A stretch of DNA of 64,000 nucleotides from an uncultured Actinomycetota bacterium (lineage in GTDB: Bacteria; Actinomycetota; Actinomycetes; JAHEKZ01): contig CAVURN010000002.1 of the NCBI GenBank assembly GCA_963743915.1, positions 728,788 through 792,787 on the forward strand. The letters are read 5' to 3'. The notes below the pieces were generated by a model, which saw only the letters and a program-made list of their open reading frames with translations, ran no database searches and was not told the origin of the DNA. Position numbers and translations under genes: made by a program. Positions 59,983 to 64,000 of the stretch are shown in pieces; position 1 is the stretch's first letter, and each line of letters starts with the position of its first letter.

Positions 59983-60372
59983 CCGTGGAGACCCCTGCTG
60001 AGCAGGGATCCACTCATTATAGGCCTCGCAGCGCCCTGTCGAGGTTGTCCTTTGGTACCGCTCGGTGACCCCTGTTGACCGTCCGGTATTCCACGGGGAT
60101 TCCACGAATGGCCAACTCGCTCGTGCGATTGGCCTGAAGACGTCGGAGCTCTCGGAAGCCTTCTCGACACCAAGAGCACGTCGTGAGGCGGGCGACCGAA
60201 CCCAGAATGCGAAGCGTTTCGCGGGATGCGGCGAGGCAAGCGAAACTGCGGCGCGAGGACGCACGTGCTGATCTGTTGGAGCGTGTCGCCCCGGGTCGGG
60301 CCTCGTGATCGGGCAGCCTTAGGGGCAATTCGATCCTCCGGCATGAATTTCTCGATCATCACGGGAGTCCAC

Positions 60373-61491
60373 GTGGGACCCAAGACGACGGTCTGGGAAC
60401 TCAAGCCCCACACCAAGGCAAAGCACGAGATTCTCCATCGATACCTGGACGCATGGCTGCCCATCATGAGCAAGTTCAATCGTCGGCTACTCGTCCTCGA
60501 CGGATTCGCCGGGCCAGGTAGGTATTCGAAGGGTGAGCCTGGCTCCCCGACGATCGCGATGCAGCGACTTCTTGACCATCAGTACGCACCTTCGATGGCG
60601 AGTTGCGAATTCGTGTTCGTATTCAATGAGCAGGATCCGGACCGATTTAAGTCTTTGCAGGTAGCGGTCAAAGAGATCACTGAAGCCGAAGGTTTTCCTG
60701 CTCACGTGAAAGTGATAGTCGAAAATTCCGCATTCGGTTCGATGGCAAACGCGGTCTGTGACCAGGTCGAAGCGGCAGGAGCTCAGCTGGCACCAATGTT
60801 CGCGTTCCTGGATCCTTTCGGCTACTCCGACCTATCACTGGCAACGCTGGCGCGGCTGCTCATGGGCGGCAAGGCCGAAGCGCTCATCTTCCTTGACATC
60901 AACAGCCTCACCAGATTTTCGACAGCTGGCCAAGTTGATGAACAATTTGAAGCACTGTTCGGCTCCGACGCGTTCAAGGCGGTCCCGAGCGAGGATCCTG
61001 ACAAACGTCGCCTCGCTCTGCGTGATCTGTACATGCAACGCCTGAAGCAGGCTTGCGGATTCACCTATACGCAGGCATTTTTGATGCGAGGAGTGAACAA
61101 CAAGCCGATCTGCTACCTCATCTACGGAACGAAGCACCTTGGCGGACTGAAGGCGATGAAGGGAGCTATGTGGAAGGTGGACCCCTCGGGGCAGTTCTCC
61201 TTCTCAGACCGTGACATCGACAGACCGACCTTATTCATCGAAGAACCAGACTTCGAGATACTGCGGGAAGCCGTGGTCAAGCGGTTTGCAGGAACCACCG
61301 TGAGCATCGAACAGATCGAGGAGTTTGTCCTCGCCGAGACACCTTTCTTGACCACCCACCTGCGGAAGCCGATCCTCGCGCCGCTCGAGATTGATGATGT
61401 GATTTCGGTCGCGAAGCCCGATGGGGGGCCGCGGCGGCGCAGCACATACCCTGCGGGCTGTCTGGTGACCTTTGCGAATTCGTCTAACTAG
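60373..61491 (+). CDS. tcmP: Three-Cys-motif partner protein TcmP (SAM-dependent methyltransferase-like)
   Basis: [42 protein letters not shown]; GGGAG RBS before GTG. Confidence 0.87.
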   Translation: MGPKTTVWELKPHTKAKHEILHRYLDAWLPIMSKFNRRLLVLDGFAGPGRYSKGEPGSPTIAMQRLLDHQYAPSMASCEFVFVFNEQDPDRFKSLQVAVKEITEAEGFPAHVKVIVENSAFGSMANAVCDQVEAAGAQLAPMFAFLDPFGYSDLSLATLARLLMGGKAEALIFLDINSLTRFSTAGQVDEQFEALFGSDAFKAVPSEDPDKRRLALRDLYMQRLKQACGFTYTQAFLMRGVNNKPICYLIYGTKHLGGLKAMKGAMWKVDPSGQFSFSDRDIDRPTLFIEEPDFEILREAVVKRFAGTTVSIEQIEEFVLAETPFLTTHLRKPILAPLEIDDVISVAKPDGGPRRRSTYPAGCLVTFANSSN

Positions 61492-62246
61492 CTCTTCGGC
61501 GCCGGTCAGGCATGTCGTTCCACACCTTGCCGTCCAACTCCTTGCCGCCCGCTTTAGGTGTGCGGCCACCCCATTGCTTGAAGAAGAACGGCTAGGCCCT
61601 CGTCGCCAGGCATCGGCGGCGCAGGTGCTCAACCGATTCCGGGTCCATGGGGCGGTCGCGGCTTCCGGACTCACCGCCGGCGATCACCCAGTCCACGCCC
61701 GACAGGTCGACAGCCCATCTAAGCGGCCCAGGAGGGGCTCACGGACGACAGGAACCGGACGGCAGCGGGTACCTCGCGTAGGTCGATCAACGCGCCACGC
61801 CTGCGCGTTGTCTTCGACGCTGACCCCGACCCAGACGTTGCTCGGCCAGGGCAAGCGTCGCGGCGAGGCGGGCCAGGCGGATCGGACGTTTCGTTAACGG
61901 TTGGTAGGTGTGGTGAGGGCGTTGCTGCGATGACCTCGAAGACCGTCGCGATGAAGTGGTCGGGGACCTTCGCGTGGAAGCAGGTCAGCACATCGAGTTG
62001 ACGAAAACCACGCGCGGTGTTGACCAGTTGAGGGGGCTATCCAAGGCACTTTCATGTGTCTGGATCCCGAATCCTGGACCGCTGTCCGTGGGTCACCGTC
62101 AGTTGGTACTTCGGCATTGCCCATCGCTTTAGGCGTTTCGCCAGGGTCAGTGCGTAGCAGTTGTCGCATCCCGCGGTGATTCGATCGCAGCCGGTCGTGG
62201 GATTCCAGGTGACTTCTGTCCACTCAATGCCGGTGGTCGTCGCCAT
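61484..62246 (-). pseudogene. DUF5131 (phage Gp37/Gp68-like, three-Cys motif) gene with multiple frameshifts
   Basis: [66 protein letters not shown] across frames. Confidence 0.85.
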
Positions 62247-62364
62247 ATACCCTCCTCGGATAGCCGCTTCTAAGGTATCGGTTGCGTCTGGCAACGAGCG
62301 TCACCATTCGATGAGTTAGGTGTCCCTCCTACCCATCTGGACGGACCGGAGCGAACTTGCTCTG

Positions 62365-62616
62365 TCAACAATTAGGGTCGCGGAGCATTGCTCGCATGAC
62401 GCTCCTCGCGTCGACCTCGGTTGCTGAGGCGATTTGAGCTGCGAGCTGGAGCCCGCTCCCGATGGGATCGCAGCCGCTGATCCAGACAGTCGGTTCGTCG
62501 TTGCGGTCACCGTCGCGCCAGAGTTGGGCGAAGTACGTGTCCATTTGCTCGTCGTAGCCCCAGATGCTCTGGTCGGACCATCCCGGCAGCCAAAGCGCCT
62601 CACGGAAGCTCTGCAT
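62365..62616 (-). CDS. Small hypothetical protein (83 aa)
   Basis: AAAGGAGG RBS; LPGW..SIWGYDEQMDTYFAQLW. Confidence 0.65.
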   Translation of the reverse strand: MQSFREALWLPGWSDQSIWGYDEQMDTYFAQLWRDGDRNDEPTVWISGCDPIGSGLQLAAQIASATEVDARSVMRAMLRDPNC

Positions 62617-62639
62617 CAAGTCACCCCCTCCTTTCGGAG

Positions 62640-64000
62640 TCACGCATTCACTAGCGGCACTCGCTCGTGCGTGCGCACGACGGCCGCGATCGGCTTCCGC
62701 GAGTGCTCCGGCGCCACCGCGGAAGCCGCGACATAGCTCTCGACGAGTCGCTGAACTTGCTCACCGGGCGCGGGCGCAAGTCGACCGCGAAGTTTCGCCT
62801 CGACGAGAGCTGATTGATCGGTGACCTGTTCGCCGCTGGTCGTCCCGGACGTGTTGCGACTTCGCCGGCGAGGCCAATTCGGTCGGTAACTGCCGCGTTC
62901 CATTGCGCGATGTCGGCGAAGGAGCGAATGCCGCCGTTGACCAGCGCCCGCACCCGACGCTCATGGTCGGCGTACACGCTGGGCCCGACAGGTCCGCCAA
63001 GAGGCAGGACCACTCGGCAGAGATCCCGCACCGCCAGGAGGTCTGTGCGTATGACTCCGAGACCGGGGCTGGCGGTGCGCAGCTGACGGGTCTGGAGATG
63101 TACCAAGGTCCACGATGCCCGTCCTCCAACCGCGCAACGGCCCATCGAGTGGGTCGGGAAGTCAGTGACTTCGCTAGCCGTACGCCTCGAGAGGTAGGCG
63201 CTCGCATGGGTGTGAACAATCACGGCGGCCGCCGCGAAGTCGGTGAGGGACGCGCTGCCGACGTGGGGCTCGAGGGTGAGTTGCCAGGCGCTCTGTCGCA
63301 GCCGAAGGATCCGGTCGCCGAGCTCGATTACCGGGTCATCGCTGCGGATTTCGGGGCGAGCGACTTCTAGAGCACCCAAGAGGTTTCGTCCACCCGCGTT
63401 CGAGCGCGAGTCACGAGCGAGATCACGGGCAGCGATCCGCGCGGGCTCCAGATCGGGAAGACGGCGGCCCACCTCACGCCAGGGAACGGCCGCCTGTCCG
63501 CACCGAAGTCCTAGATCACGTTCTGCGGCCAGCACCGTGGTGGCAATGTCGGCCAACCCGGAAAACCCCTAAGAGCGAACCTCAGGATCGTCGAGCATCG
63601 TCGCTTCGGGTGTGAGCCTGACACCCCCCGGGTCGCGATGAGTGGAGAGCAGGTCCGTCGCGGTCCGGATCGACGCTGCTGCAAGGACCAGGCGATTCCC
63701 ACGCCGCTTGCCGGAGAAGCGTCCCAAGTGGCTGGATGTCGGGCTGTCCTTGCGAGGGCGTCGATGAAGCGAACCGCAGCGGCGTCCGGTAGATCTGGTT
63801 CCGGCAGATTGCGCTGATGCCCTCGATGCGTTGGGAACCACCGGCCAGCTGCCACGCATGCTGGTGCAGCGCCTTCAGCAGCTGCCAGTACGACTCGACG
63901 GTCTTGCGAGCGTTTCCCGGGTCCGTCAGGGGCTCGCGACTCAGGGCGACGCTGGCGAGTGCAACGTGATGGGCGGCGTCGCCCATAAGGTCGGCGTAGC
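62640..64000 (-). CDS. Large hypothetical protein, fragmented, 5' end probably outside the window
   Basis: Abutting same-strand ORFs 63582-63986, 63569-63859, 62651-63556 and 62640-62903. Confidence 0.45.

Larger units (their letters stand above)
59983..64000. mobile_element. Genomic island probably integrated at tRNA-Gly, extending beyond the window
   Basis: Visible drop in GC and codon bias after the tRNA 3' end; loss of core synteny; mobile-element type cargo; no integrase in the window. Confidence 0.7.

Overview
High-GC actinomycete chromosome segment, mostly conserved core genes on the minus strand: era-cdd-CNNM-ybeY-phoH-HIT-rsmE-dnaJ-hrcA, hemW, lepA, rpsT, holA-comEC-comEA-degV-leuS, tRNA-Ala, rsfS-nadD-proA/proB-obgE-rpmA-rplU-rne, a radical SAM pair, rodA-mrdA-mreDCB, ndk-folC, divergent valS, clpX-clpP2-clpP1-tig, tRNA-Pro and tRNA-Gly. 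Many housekeeping genes are broken by single-base indels, most likely uncorrected long-read or assembly errors, so frameshifts are weak evidence of pseudogenes here. Highlights: (1) an AT-richer island starting right after tRNA-Gly with an intact TcmP methyltransferase-like gene, a convergent and heavily disrupted DUF5131 three-Cys radical-SAM-like partner and unknown ORFs, a candidate DNA-modification or defence module; (2) a heliorhodopsin gene, split in the ORF track, directly downstream of clpX; (3) a leaderless Leu-rich leader peptide ([11 protein letters not shown]) plus attenuator upstream of leuS; (4) several families of intergenic palindromic REP/MITE-like elements; (5) CIRCE, ClgR-like and DnaA-box-like sites and a 23-bp bidirectional leaderless promoter. 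All family assignments come from motif recognition by eye; no searches were run.
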